A stretch of DNA of 64,000 nucleotides, from the NCBI GenBank assembly GCA_963706025.1, contig CAVPLM010000003.1, forward strand, positions 288,001 to 352,000. Reading direction: 5' to 3'. The translations under genes were made by a program, and so were the position numbers. The stretch comes from an uncultured Actinomycetes bacterium (GTDB lineage Bacteria; Actinomycetota; Thermoleophilia; RBG-16-64-13). Below are positions 41,251 to 53,262 of the stretch, piece by piece. The first letter of the stretch is position 1. The number at the start of each line of letters is the position of its first letter. Under the pieces are notes generated by a model. It did no database searches. It was not told where the DNA came from and worked only from the letters and a program-made list of their open reading frames with translations.

Positions 41251-42937
41251 TTGAGAATGGTCTCCTATCCACCGCAACTCCAGGCAGAACTGTTGCCCCC
41301 AGGGTGTCTTCCGGACCTGGTGCGGCCCGCGGAACTGGGCCTCGAGTTGCCCGAGGAGATCAACCTGACCGAGTGGTTCCTGGACCGGAATCTGGCGGGG
41401 GAGCAGGCCGATCGTGTCGCCTACTACTCCGGCGAGAGGGCTATCACCTACCGGGTCCTGAACGAATGGGTCAATAAGTTCGCCAACGCCCTCCGCGGCC
41501 TGGGGGTCGAGAAGGGCGACCGGGTGATGCTCCGGATCGCCAACAGCGTCGAGTACGTCGTCAGCGCTCTGGCCGTGGGTCGCATGAGCGCCGTCGTCGT
41601 GCCCGACCATGACTCTTCTGCGCGCGAAAGTCCTCGTCACGACGCCAATAGATCGGAAGCCAAGGTCATCATCTGTGGGTACGAGCTTCTGGGCGAGATC
41701 GAAGCCGGTCGAGACCAGTACAGACGGTCGAGCACATCATCTCAATCGGCGGCGAGCCGGAGGAGCTTGAAGGTCGCAAACTGCTGGGTTACGAAGGGTT
41801 GATCGCTTCGGCCGACGATCGGATCGAGAGCGTCAGGGTGCCGGCCGATCGTTGGCTGCGGTCTTCTTCACCTCGGGCACCACGGGACAGCCGAAGGGCT
41901 GCATGCATCTGATCCGGAGCATCATCGGCTCCGTGCACTCCTTTCCGCTCACCTTCGGCGGCGTCAAGCCGACCGACGTCTTCCTGGGTTCGCCCCGTTC
42001 GCTTTCGTCATCGGTACGGCTACAACATGTTGCTGCCGCTATCTGCCGGGGTCCCCAGCGTGATCCTGGAAGGCAGGATGTCCGCCGAGGCTTTCTCGAA
42101 GCCATCCCGAGGTACAAGGTGACCATGTTCAACGCCGTCCCTACGGCCTTCAATCAGATCCTCAACCACCCGAACATCGCCGACTACGACCTGAGCAGCC
42201 TACGGGTGGTGATGTCCGGCAGCGCTCCACTCCTGGCCTCTACTTTCCAGCGGTTCAAGGAACTCACCGGGCTGGAGATCGTGAACGGCATCGGCTCCAC
42301 GGAATCCATCGGGACTCAGCTTGCCTCCTACTTGCCGGGCTACAAGCCTGGTGCCACCGGTTGGCCGGTCCCCGGGGTCCAGGCCAAGATCATCGACGAT
42401 GACGGCAACGAATGTGCGCCCGGAGTGACCGGGCGGCTGGTGGTCAAGGCCTGCTATGGGACCATGTATTGGCGTGACGTCGAACGGCAGAAGAAAGCGG
42501 TGATCGACGGCTGGAGTCTCTCCGGCGACTATGCTACAAGGACGAGGATGGTCTTTTCTGGCACGTCTCCCGCATCGACGACATCATCAAGAGCCGTGGC
42601 TATCGGGTGTCGCCCGGGGAGGTGGAGGACGCCCTTCACGAGCACGGAGCAGTTTACGAATCCACGGTCATCGGCGTACCCGACCCGAGCAGGGTCAGCG
42701 GGTGAAGGCTTTCGTGATACTGAAGGACGGTTTCGTCGGGTCACCGGAGCTGGTCGAGGAGCTCAAAGCGTTCGTCAAGAGAGCGGGTGGCACCTTATAT
42801 GTCCCCCAGCGATATCGAGTTCGTCGAATCCCTGCCCAGGACGGAGACCGGAAGGTGCGCCGCCTCGAACTCCGCGAACTCGAGGCACGGCGGGCCGAGG
42901 AAGAGCGTCAGAAGTGCACGCGCAGGGAAGGACATGA
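41251..42937 (+). CDS. Benzoate/aminobenzoate-type aromatic acid--CoA ligase, several frameshifts
   Basis: INLTEWFLDR, FTSGTTGQPKGCMH, NGIGSTE, and RIDDIIKSRGYRVSPGEVE in an alternative frame. Confidence 0.83.
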
Positions 42938-42941
42938 GCCC

Positions 42942-43829
42942 GTGAACCTACCTGCCTTCGCGTACCTGGAAGCCGGAACCTGGAGGAGGCCTGGAGTCTG
43001 CTGCGGGAGCACCGGGCGACGGCAAGGTGCTTGCCGGGGGGACCGACCTCCTGGTCAAGATGAAACATAGGAGACTCATCCCCGTCTCATCTGGTCAGCA
43101 TCAAGGGCATAGCCGGGCTCGACTACGTCGAATACAAGCTCGGCGAGGGGCTGCGCGTGGGCGCCTCTCACAACCATAGAGTCGGTCAAGCGCTCCCTGG
43201 TGGTGCGCAAGATGTATCCGGTGCTACTTCCAGGCGGCTGCGTACATGGCCACGTCGCGATCCGCAACCGAGCCACCGTGGAGGCAACATCTGCAATGGC
43301 TCGCCCTCGGCGGAGACGGCGCCGGCCCTGATCGTGCTTGGTGCAAGGGTACGGATCGTGGGGCCGGGCGCGAGAGGGTCGTCGCGGTCGAGGACTTCTT
43401 CACCGGGCCGGGCTGTACGGTGCTGGAACCCGGTGAGATCGTGGCCGAGATCCAGGTGCCTGAGCCACCGCGCGGGAAGCGCCGGGGTATATGAGAAGCA
43501 CAGCCTGAGGCGGATGGACGTGGCCATGGTTGGGGTGGCCGCACTGGTGGCCCCCGCGGGAGAGACCTGTGGCGACATACGGATCGCACTCAGCGCAGTC
43601 GCGCCGACTCCCGATGAGGGCCAGGAAGGCGGAGGACATGCTCCGGGGCCTGGCTCCGACCTAGAGCCTGGTCGCCGCGGCTGCGCGCGCGGCCGCCGAA
43701 GAATCGCGGCCCATCACCGATATCCGCGGCAGCGCGGAGTCGCGCAGGCAGACCGTGGAAACGCTGACGGCTCGGGTGGTCCACCAGGCTCTGAAGGGCG
43801 GCCAAGACTGGAGGTCGACCGGCAGATGA
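42942..43829 (+). CDS. Xanthine-dehydrogenase-family FAD subunit (CoxM/HcrB-like), frameshifted
   Basis: Rebuilt motifs LAGGTDLLVKMK, IRNRAT.GGNICNGSPSAE, IALSAVAPTP and PITDIRGSAE. Confidence 0.83.
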
Positions 43830-46292
43830 AGCAGGCACCGACCGAGGCACCGAACGCGGAGACGACCGACATGATGCGGAAGATCGCGCTCACCGTCAAC
43901 GGCAAGGGGTATGAGTTCGAGGTCGAGCCCCAGGAGACGCTGGTGGAGCTTCTGCGGGAGAGGCTGCGCCTCATGCGGACCAAGGAAGGCTGCGGGGTGG
44001 GTGAGTGCGGGTCGTGCACCGTCGTCATGGACAAGAAGGCCGTGGCCTCCTGTCTCGTGCTGGCGGTGGATGCCGACGGCTCGGAGATCGTGACGACGGA
44101 GGGCATGTCCTGCGACAGCGAGTTCCAACCGATGCAGGAGTCGTTCGTCGACCATCTGGCGATGCAGGCGAGGGTCGGGGTGTCCACGCTCAGCGCACGC
44201 GAGCAGTACCTGACGTTCTGCCACCTGTGTTGCGGGCATTGCGCGGTCAAGGTGACCGTGGCGGACAACGTCATCGTCGACATGGCCCCGGACCTGGAGA
44301 GCGGCCTGTCCAACGAGCAATGCGTGTACAAGAAGGGGCGGCTCTCGATCCCCGAGATCCACGGCCATCCCGACCGGCTCCTCTACCCGATGAAGCGGGT
44401 GGGAGCCCGAGGGGAGGGCAAGTGGGAACGTATCTCCTGGGACGAGGCGCTGGACACCGTGGCGGACAAGTTCCGGACCATCAAGGAGGAATCCGGGCCC
44501 GAGTACGTGATGTTCGGCCTGGGTGAACCGCATGGGCTGGAGTTCGCCTTCGCCCAGCGCTTCGCCTCGGTCTTCGGTACGCCCAACGTCACCACTCCCG
44601 GCTGGTTCTGCGGGGTGCCCTTCCAGACGGCCAACGCCTTCACCTTCGGCCAGGGCGCGATACCGGACGAGGAAGGCACACCCCGGAGCTACTGGTGATC
44701 TGGGGCACCAACCCCAACCACACCTCCGGGGGCATCCGCAGGCAGACGGTCATCAAGATCGTGGAGAGCGGAGCCAAGATCGTCGTCATCGACCCGCGCA
44801 AGATCGACTTGGCCGGCCTCGCCGACCTGTGGATCAAGCCTCGCCCGGGCACCGACGGGGCCCTGGCGATGGGACTGCTCAAAGTCGTGGTCGAAGAGGG
44901 GCTCTACGACAAGGAGTTCGTGCGCGACTGGACCGTCGGCTTCGATGAGCTCAAGAGCCGAGCTGGGCAGCCTTCTCGCTGGCCGACGTGGCAGCAGCCA
45001 CCTGGGTGCCGGAGGAGCAGATCCTCAAGCTCGCCCGGATGATCGGCGAGAACCACCCCACCTGCCTGCACTGGGGCAACGGCATCGACCAGGGGGTCCA
45101 ACCCTTCCAGACCCACCGGGCCATCTCCATCCTCGCGGCGATCAGCGGCAACCTCAACGTCCCCGGAGGGCATCGTCCTACCCGACTCAGAGACCAATTT
45201 CGTCCGCCCGGGCAGGTTCTACAGGCTGAGCAAGCGGCTCCCCGTCGCGGACAAGACCATCGGCAAAGAGTTCCCGATGACCCTCAAGTCGACCTCCGTT
45301 CCCTCGTGGAGCCTGGTGAAAGCCATCCTCGAGGAGAAGCCATATCTGCCACGCGCAGCCTTCTTCATGCTCACGAACCCAATGACCAGCTTCATCAACA
45401 CGGCGGGAGACCCGGGAGGCGCTCATGAAGATCGAGTTCACCGTGGTGCTCGACCTGTTCATGACACCGACCGCGGCGTTGGCCGACATCGTCCTCCCGG
45501 TCGCGTTCGGGATGGAGCACGATGAGGTGGGCTACTGGCCGGGATGGTACAACGAGGTGAGGGCTCATCCCAAGGTCGTAGACCCGCCGGGGGAGGCTGG
45601 CCCGACACCAGGATCATCAACGAGCTGGCGAAGCGCCTCGGGCTGAGCGACTTCTGGGAGGAGGACCATGAGGCGCTCGACGTGTGGCTGGCTCCAAGCG
45701 GTCTCACCTTCGAGGACCTCAAGCACCAACGGACTCTGCTGCCCAAGAAGAACTACAGCAACGCCAACCTGCGCACGCCCTCGGGCAAGGTGGAGATCGT
45801 AGCCGAGCCGCTCGCCGAACTGGGTCTGGCGGTGCTGCCGACCTGGCGGGAGCTCTCCGCCATCCCGGAGATACCGGAGGAGTATCCGCTGCTCTTCACC
45901 AACTCGAAATCCGAGATCTTCATCGGCACGAGCTACAAGGGGGTGCCGGCCCTGCGCGGGATGCGGCCCGAGCCGGTGGTCCAGATGAACCCGGCCACCG
46001 CTCGTGGAGCTCGGGTTGAAGGACGGCGACGAGGTCTACATCGAGACCAAGATGGGGAGGGTCAAGCAGCGACTGGTTTTCGATCGGGACATCGACCCTC
46101 GGGTGGTTTTCGCTGATTTCGGCTGGTGGTTCCCTGAGGACCCCTCGGGCGACCTGGGTTGGGACTGGGGGAACATCAACATGCTCACCAGTGCCGAGGG
46201 GCCGGTCGACCCGGCGGTCGGTGTGATGGTGCTCAGAGGCGTTCCCCTGCAAGGTGTACGCTGCGGAGCCTACTGGAGGCTCAGCGTGCTGA
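43826..46292 (+). CDS. Fusion of a CoxS-type [2Fe-2S] domain and a bis-MGD molybdopterin oxidoreductase (acetylene-hydratase-like); frameshifted in the C-terminal two-thirds
   Basis: TKEGCGVGECGSCTV is in frame with FCHLCCGHC..HPDRLLYPMKRVG..ISWDEALD; then WGTNP, PGTDGALA, TAALADIVLP and TPSGKVE. Confidence 0.85.
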
Positions 46293-46350
46293 GCCTGTGT
46301 CACGGGTCGGGGACCTTCGGCGACAACCCTCGACAAGGGAGGTAGGCCGC

Positions 46351-47099
46351 ATGGTGATTACGCCAAGATGGGTCGGCATCGACTTCGGCCAGACCCTAAT
46401 GGACTCGTCCCCGGAACGCACCTATTGGATGATCGGAGACACCAGCAAGGAACTGGGTGAGCCAGAGCTGGTCGAGGAACGCTGTCATCGTTGGCGGACG
46501 ATGAAGGAGAAGTACGGCTCCTATCCGGTGATAAAGGAGCGGGCCCGGCCGGAGATAATGACCTACGTCTTCGATGACCGTCCCGGCGTCGACCGAGGTG
46601 TTCAGCCGCATCGAGCAGAAGTACCTGAAGATCGCCGACGGAGCGCATCGACGCGATCAAGTACCTCAGCGACCAGGGCATCGAGGTGTCGATCGTCGCG
46701 GAGCTCAAGAGGACCCTGGGGCCCATCGGCACCGACATGGTGAGCGCGTTCCTGGTGAGACAGGGCGTGATCGAGTACTTCGACGAGCTCATCAGCCCCC
46801 AGGGCAAGATCGATCTGCGCACGGGCGAGACCGATCTGCGCTACAAGGGCACTTCCAAGGAAGTGGGCGATCTCTACGACGTGCTCGCCGACGACCTCCG
46901 CTCGCGCGGGATCGAGCCCCGGGACGCGGTCATGGTGGGCGACAAAGAATGGTCCGATATCACGCCTGCGCAGAAGCGCGGTTTCCAGGCCATCCACTAC
47001 TCCGGGCTACATCTTTCATGCCCCCTCGAACGCCACCTACGAGATCACGGCATCTTCCGAGCTAAAGAACATCATCAGACCGGTGGAGTGAAAAGATGA
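46351..47099 (+). CDS. HAD-superfamily hydrolase (paralog 2), frameshifted
   Basis: GIDFGQTLMD, YKGTSKE.G.LYDVLA and MVGDKEWSDITPAQKRG; clearly paralogous to 39363-40149. Confidence 0.8.
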
Positions 47100-47803
47100 A
47101 TCAGCCGAAGCGAAGTTGATCGTCGAATACGATGACGGCTCCACGAGGGAGGCGGACTACGCGGCAAGGTGGACGGCGCAGACCCGGCTACCGCTTGGCT
47201 CGGCTCTGGGACTCTTCCCGGCCGGCGCGCACGTGGGTCGTGTCCAAGCACTACCTGCTGGTGCGGTGGCAAGGACGGCTGGCAGGAGGTCTTCGGGATC
47301 GACGACGGACTCTGCCGAATCTGCTCCGTTACTACGTCATCGAGAGGATCGAAGATAGGGGTCAGACTCTCTCTGGAGACCGGGTGGCGACTATCCCGAA
47401 CTGCACGTCATCGAGCGCACTCCCCGCGATGTGGTCGGCGCCGTGATCGTCGGCGAGGGCGGTGTCAAGTCCTACGCTCTCGACAAGTCAGGTCGAGCGG
47501 TGGGAGGGGATATACGAGGCCGGGGGCAAGAGGGAGCATGTCAGGTTCGACAAGACGAGCGACAAGTATCCGCACGAGGCCGGCGACGACGGGAACGCCT
47601 TGGAGCCTGTCTTGGACGCGCTGAGGCGCGAACTCGACACTAGGGGCGTCGATCCCCGGACGCTGCTGGCCATGGACGAGTCAGAGCGCGTGAGCGAGTA
47701 CAAGACTCTGGCCTCCGGCGCGAACATCCGAGGGAGTTACAGACAAGAAGACGTCTATGGGTTCGTGGAGTCGATGATAACCAGACTGGCGGGAGCGGTG
47801 TGA
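47096..47803 (+). CDS. Uncharacterised protein translationally coupled to UbiD, several frameshifts
   Basis: Fragments LIVEYDDGS, LLRYYVIERIEDRG and VERWEGIYEAGGK..VYGFVESMI; start and stop overlap both neighbours. Confidence 0.6.
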
Positions 47804-49262
47804 TGAAAGACCTTAGAGACTGGATCGCGGCTTGCGAGAACGAAGGCGAGCTCAAGCGGATCACCAAGGAGGTCGACTGGGAGCTGGAGCTCGGCCACGT
47901 GGCCACCCTTAACGAACGGGCGGGGGGACCGGCTCTCCTCTTCGAGAAGGTCAAGGACTACGGCATCCCGGTACTCAGCAGCACGGTGACCACGGCCAAG
48001 AAGATGGCCATCACCTGCGGGAAGCCCGCGCACTACACGCTCTGCGACGTCTCTCGGGAATGGAAGAACGTTATCCAGCAGGGCAGGCTGGTGGAGCCGG
48101 TGGAGGTCAAGGACGACATCCCGGTGATGTACGAGGTCCTGGAAGGTGACGACGTCAACGTCTTCGACCTTCCCTCCCGCGCCTCTACCCGCAGGACGGC
48201 GGCCGCTACCTTGGCCTCGCCTGCAACTACATCACCCAGGACCCGGAGACCGGCTGGACCAACCTGGGGACCTACCGCGGCATGGTCATGGACGAGAAGA
48301 CCATCGGCGCGAACATGATGGGCAAGGCCAAGCACGGACGGATCCACGTCGACAAATACTCCAAGCTGGGGACCAGGATGCCGGCGGCCGTCTATTGCGG
48401 CTGCGATATGTTCCATCTTGTGGTCGGCTCGACCATGGTGCCGGCGCAGCAAGACGAGTACGGTGTCATCGGCGCAGTCATGGGTCGGCCGGTCGAGGTC
48501 TTCACCAGCGACCTGACCGGGCTGAAGCTTCCGGCTCATGCCGAGATCATTCTCGAGGGCGAAGTGGAGCTCGATCCCGACAAGTTCCGGCCCGAGGGCC
48601 CCCTGGGTGAGTACGTGGGCTTCTACGCTGCCAGCGGTGAGGGCCCGAAACCCTGGCTTGAGATCAAGCGGATCTACAAGCGGAAGGATCCCATCTTCGT
48701 CATCAGCACCGTCGGCCGGCCGGTGGGCGACGCGCACATGATCAACGCCGTCGGTCGTATGGCCTATCTGTGGGCCGACCTGGAGATGATGAAAGTGCCG
48801 GGTGTCCGGTCGGTCTACTGCCCGCCCGAAGCCGCGGGCCGATTCTGGGCCATAGTGTCGGCGAAGATCACCCATCCCGCCGGTGCCGAGAGGGTCGCCG
48901 AGGCGGTGTCTTGCAGTCCCACAGGGCACTTCGGCATCAAGGGGATCATCGTCGTCGACGAGGATGTCCCGGCCGACGATATGGCAGGCGTCTGGTGGTC
49001 TCTGGCCTGCCGCTACGATCCAGGTAAGGACACCCAGATCATCAACAAGATGCGCCCCACCCCGTTCGACCCCGCCCTCCCTGCTGGGGCGAAGGCCATA
49101 GGCTCCAAGATCCTGATCGATGCCACCACGCCGGTGGAATGGGAGAAGAAACCTCGCCTGGTCGAACTGGACGAGGCCACTTCGAGGGCGGTGTTGGACA
49201 AGTGGCAGGAATACGGGTTCGAACAGCCGTACAAGCTGTCAGGAGATGCTCTGCCGAGGTAG
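47803..49262 (+). CDS. UbiD-family (de)carboxylase, phenylphosphate carboxylase beta subunit-like; one frameshift
   Basis: DLRDWI..ELKRITKEVDWELEL..GPALLFEKVKDY, TNLGTYRG, PEGPLGEYVG, IVVDEDV and KILIDAT. Confidence 0.88.
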
Positions 49263-49486
49263 CCGTCAGCGGGGCAGAGGTGCCGAACGAAAGCACGACA
49301 CGAGGAGGAAAAGGGCGTAGTGTGATAAGTGGCGGTGGGAGCTACTCAGGGAGACCCGGCCCGCGTGTGTGGCGGCGCAGGGCAGGCGGTCGGGGGAGGT
49401 GTGGTTGAGAGAAGATGCTGGGTTACGAGGTAGGGGTTTTGTCGGTTGACGGAAGAGATAGTAGTGCATGAAAACGGGGGTTACAC

Positions 49487-50965
49487 ATGTCAGCTCAAGA
49501 CAAGAATCACTGCGAAGACCCGGATCTCATCGACGGCCGGACCGTCAGCCGTCGGGAGTTCCTGAAGCTGGCCGGCATCGCCGGGGCGACGATCGGGGTG
49601 GGCGCCGGCCTGGGCGGGCTCCTGACGGCCTGCGGCGAGGAAGAGACCACCACTACCACGGCTGCAGCTACCACCACCACGGCCGGAGCTACCAGCACCA
49701 CGGCGGGCGCCACGACCACGGTGAGCACCGGTGCCGAGGCCGGGCGGGAGATCAAGGTGGGCTTTGTCGACCCGATCACGGGCGCTATCGCCGGATTCGG
49801 GATCCCCGGCAAGTGGTGCGTGGAGCGCTGGAGTGAAGCGGTGAAAGACGGGCTGGTGTGCGGCGACGGCTTGAACCACCCCGTCAAGATCGAGCTCCAG
49901 GATAGCCAGTCCGATAGCAACCGGGCCGCGCAGGTGGCCGGTGACCTCATTACCAATGGTAAGGCCGACTTCATGATGGCGGCTGCCTCCCCGGACACCG
50001 TGAACCCGGTAGCCGACCAGAGCGAGGCCTTGGGATGTCCCTGTCTCACCGTCGACGCTCCCATGGAGCCCTACTTCTATGGCCGGCAGGGAGCCAACCC
50101 GGATCCGAACTACGTCTTCAAGTGGACCTACCACCTGTTCTGGGGCTTCACCGAGATGGAGAAGGTCTACTGGGACACCTGGAACGGAACGGCGACCAAC
50201 AAGAAGGTCGCGATCATGTTCCCCAACGACGTCGACGGGAACGCCTATCGGCAATACTTCACCCAGGAGAAGTGCGCCGCGAACGGCTTCACCACCGTCG
50301 ACCCGGGGCCCTTCCAGCCCATGACCGACGACTTCACCACTCAGATCTCGCTCTTCAAGAAAGAGGGATGCGAGATCGTTTCGGCCTGGTTCATCCCGCC
50401 GGAGATGGCCACCTTCTGGACACAGTCCCTACAACAGGGCTTCAACCCGATAATCTTCCAGGCCGTGAAAGCCTCGCTGTTCCCCACTGCCATAGAAGCC
50501 ATAGGAGGGACCTCGGGCGACGGCATAGTTGGTCCCTGCTGGTTCCATCCGACCTACACCTACGTGTCTTCACTCACGGGTGAGACCTGCCAGCAGTTGT
50601 GCGACGACTTTGAGACTCGGACCAACCAGCAGTGGACGCAGCCGATCATGCACTATGCGGCCTTCGAGTGGGTCGTCGACGTTCTCACGCGCACCACGAA
50701 CGTGGACGACAAGGAAGAGATCATGAAGCGGGTGACCGAGACCAAGGCGGACTTCGTCTGCGGTCCGGTCGACTTCACGGTCCCGATCTCTGCCGACTTC
50801 GGCGCCAAGCGGCACGTCGCCAACGTCTACGTGACCCCGTTGTGGGCCGGTCAGTGGCAGCTTGACCCGGGTGGCAAATGGCAGTACAAGCTCGTGGTGG
50901 TCACCAACTCGGCCGCTCCGGACCTCAAGGTTGAGGGCCCGCTCCAGCCGATCAAGTACTCTTAG
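49487..50965 (+). CDS. Tat-exported lipoprotein ABC substrate-binding protein (branched-chain amino acid/aromatic type)
   Basis: SRREFLK Tat motif, LTAC lipobox, Thr-rich linker, IKVGFVDPITG and DSQSDSNRAAQVA. Confidence 0.9.
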   Translation: MSAQDKNHCEDPDLIDGRTVSRREFLKLAGIAGATIGVGAGLGGLLTACGEEETTTTTAAATTTTAGATSTTAGATTTVSTGAEAGREIKVGFVDPITGAIAGFGIPGKWCVERWSEAVKDGLVCGDGLNHPVKIELQDSQSDSNRAAQVAGDLITNGKADFMMAAASPDTVNPVADQSEALGCPCLTVDAPMEPYFYGRQGANPDPNYVFKWTYHLFWGFTEMEKVYWDTWNGTATNKKVAIMFPNDVDGNAYRQYFTQEKCAANGFTTVDPGPFQPMTDDFTTQISLFKKEGCEIVSAWFIPPEMATFWTQSLQQGFNPIIFQAVKASLFPTAIEAIGGTSGDGIVGPCWFHPTYTYVSSLTGETCQQLCDDFETRTNQQWTQPIMHYAAFEWVVDVLTRTTNVDDKEEIMKRVTETKADFVCGPVDFTVPISADFGAKRHVANVYVTPLWAGQWQLDPGGKWQYKLVVVTNSAAPDLKVEGPLQPIKYS

Positions 50966-51145
50966 ACCAACTCGTGCCTCTGGAACCTGCCCACCCGCGA
51001 AAACAGGCAGCAGGCTCAGGATGAAGTGAGACCGTGGCGCGTGCCCAGCACGCGCCACGGTCTCATTCCGGTGGATCGCGGTCCGCGACAAAACAGATGG
51101 CGCCGCACACGGCGACCGGTGAACCCGAAGAGCGAGCCCGAGAAA

Positions 51146-52046
51146 ATGACCCCAGCTTATGACCTCGTTTTCGTGGGCAATGCGTCCATCGACCAGATCC
51201 ATACCTTTGAAGGACCGATCCAGACCCTCTTCGGCGGGGGTGTGGTCTTCAGCTCCATGGCGGCGGTGTGGTCCGGCAAACGGATCGCAGTGGTCACAAG
51301 GATGGCGGAACGCGAGGCCCACTTGCTCGACCCCTTGCGTGAGGCCGGGATCGACGTATACGTCACCTATGCTCCGCAGACTACGCGCCACAGGGCGTTC
51401 CACCTCAGCGGAGATGTCGACCAGCGGCAAGTCGTCCTGGAGGAGAGCGCCGGAGCCTTCACGGGTGGAAGACCTGCCCCCAATGCGGCCTACTTTCTTG
51501 CACCTGGCCGGTCTTACCGACCAGGAGTTCTCCCTTGCTTTCATGAAGAGCGTGAACGAGCTGGGCCATACCTTCTCCGTGGACTTCCAGGGGCTGGTCC
51601 GTCAGGCAGACCTGCACACGGGTGAGGTGTCATACGCCAACGTTCCCGACAAGGTGGAGATCACCAACCTAGCCGACAAACTGAAGCTCGATGCGCTGGA
51701 GGCCAAGTTTCTGACCGGTACGGCCAACCCCGAACTGGCAGCCGCGCGGATAGAAGAATGGGGCGCCTCAGAAATAATGGTGACGAGGACGGAGGGAGCT
51801 TTGGTTCGCTGTCGCGGCGAGTCGTATTTTGAGCCCTTTTCGAACAGAAGCGTCGAAGGTAGAACGGGACGGGGTGACACCACGTTTGGTGCCTACCTTG
51901 CGAGCCGCCTGGACAGCAGTGTCGGCTACTCGCTGCGACTCGCCGCATCTGTGGCCTCGATCAAGATGGAGACTCAGGGTCCGTTCAGAGGTACCTTCGA
52001 AGAGATAGCGGCGAGGATGAGCACCATTCATGGGCGAGGCCGATGA
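51146..52046 (+). CDS. PfkB-family carbohydrate kinase, one frameshift
   Basis: GGGVVFS near the N-terminus and the C-terminal RTGRGDT motif. Confidence 0.82.
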
Positions 52047-52170
52047 CTACGTCCAGATCACGACCATCCGATTGACTCACATGTTCGGTATCGTATGATG
52101 GAGCGAAGGAGTGTTGCCTGGGTCATCGTCCAGGTGCTGTGCTGAGGACCAACAGGACAAGGAGTGAGAA

Positions 52171-53262
52171 ATGAGCAGGATGTCAGTCGCTGCCGTCGTG
52201 CGCGAGCCTTGCGCTCCGTACACTCTCGAGTCGGTCGAACTGGACGATCTACGGCCAGATGAGGTCTACGTCCGTATCGAGGCGGCGGGGGTCTGCCATA
52301 CCGACGCGAACATGCAGGTGATGGTCCCGATGCCGGCCGTCGTCGGTCACGAGGGAGTCGGGAGTCGTGGAGGAAGTCGGCTCGGGCGTGTACGATGTGA
52401 AGCCCGGCGACAGGGTCATCATCTCCTGGCCGGCCTGCGGTGTGTGTTTCAATTGCCTCACGGGCAAGCGATACATCTGCGAGAATGCGTTTCCGCTGCT
52501 GTTCAGCGGGCGCCGTTTGGACGGCTCACCAACGATCAAGCTAGGTGGCGAGTGGATCTCGGGCGCCTGGTTCCAGCAGTCTTCCTTTGCCACCTACGCC
52601 ATAGCCTCCGCCGACTCGCTGGTCCGGGTGGAGGACGATGTGCCGCCGGAGATCCTTGCCGCTCTGCCCTGCGGGGCGATGACCGGCGCCGGCGGGATAC
52701 TCAGTGCCCTGCGGGTCGGCCCCCGGGACGAGGTGCTCATCCTCGGCGCCGGCGGGGTCGGGCAGGCCGCGGTGATGGCCGCACACATGGCCGGAGCTTA
52801 TCCGATCATTGCGGTGGCGCGGAATCCCAAGCGCCTGGAGCTCGCCCTCGAACTTGGGGCGACCCATGTGGTGAACGCGGCCTGCGAAGACATCGCTGCG
52901 CGGGTGCAGGAGATAAGCCCCGGCGGGGTGCGCTTCGCCTTCGACAGCTCCGGGGCGGTCACCTGTTGGAAAGCGGCCGCACTGAGTCTCCGTGCCGGTG
53001 GTACGTTCGGGGTCTGCGCTGCCGCCGAGGAGGAGACCCTTGGCGGGAGTCCTCACTTCTTCTTGTCGAAGGGGGCCCGTATTCAGTTCATCATGGGCGG
53101 TTCCGTGGTTCCTCGGGTCTTCTTGCCGAAGCTCATCCAATGGTACAAGCAGGGACGCTTTCCCGTTGACAAGTTGGTCCAGACCTTCCCCTTCTCGGAG
53201 ATAAACGAGGCCTTCGCGGCCTCACACGAGGGCCGGGCGGTCAAACCGGTGCTGCTGATGCC
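52171..53262 (+). CDS. Zn-dependent (aryl-)alcohol dehydrogenase; one frameshift, C-terminus abuts the IS
   Basis: GVCHTD, VVGHEG, CGVCFNC, QSSFATY, LPCG..TGAG, GAGGVG and GRFPVDKL..KPVL. Confidence 0.88.

Noticed and set aside
43157-43825. Apparent CoxM-CoxS-Mo triple fusion (513-aa ORF)
   Set aside because: The CoxM motifs alternate between frames, and an ATGA overlap at 43826 indicates a separate gene start. Only the 2Fe-2S/MGD fusion is retained.
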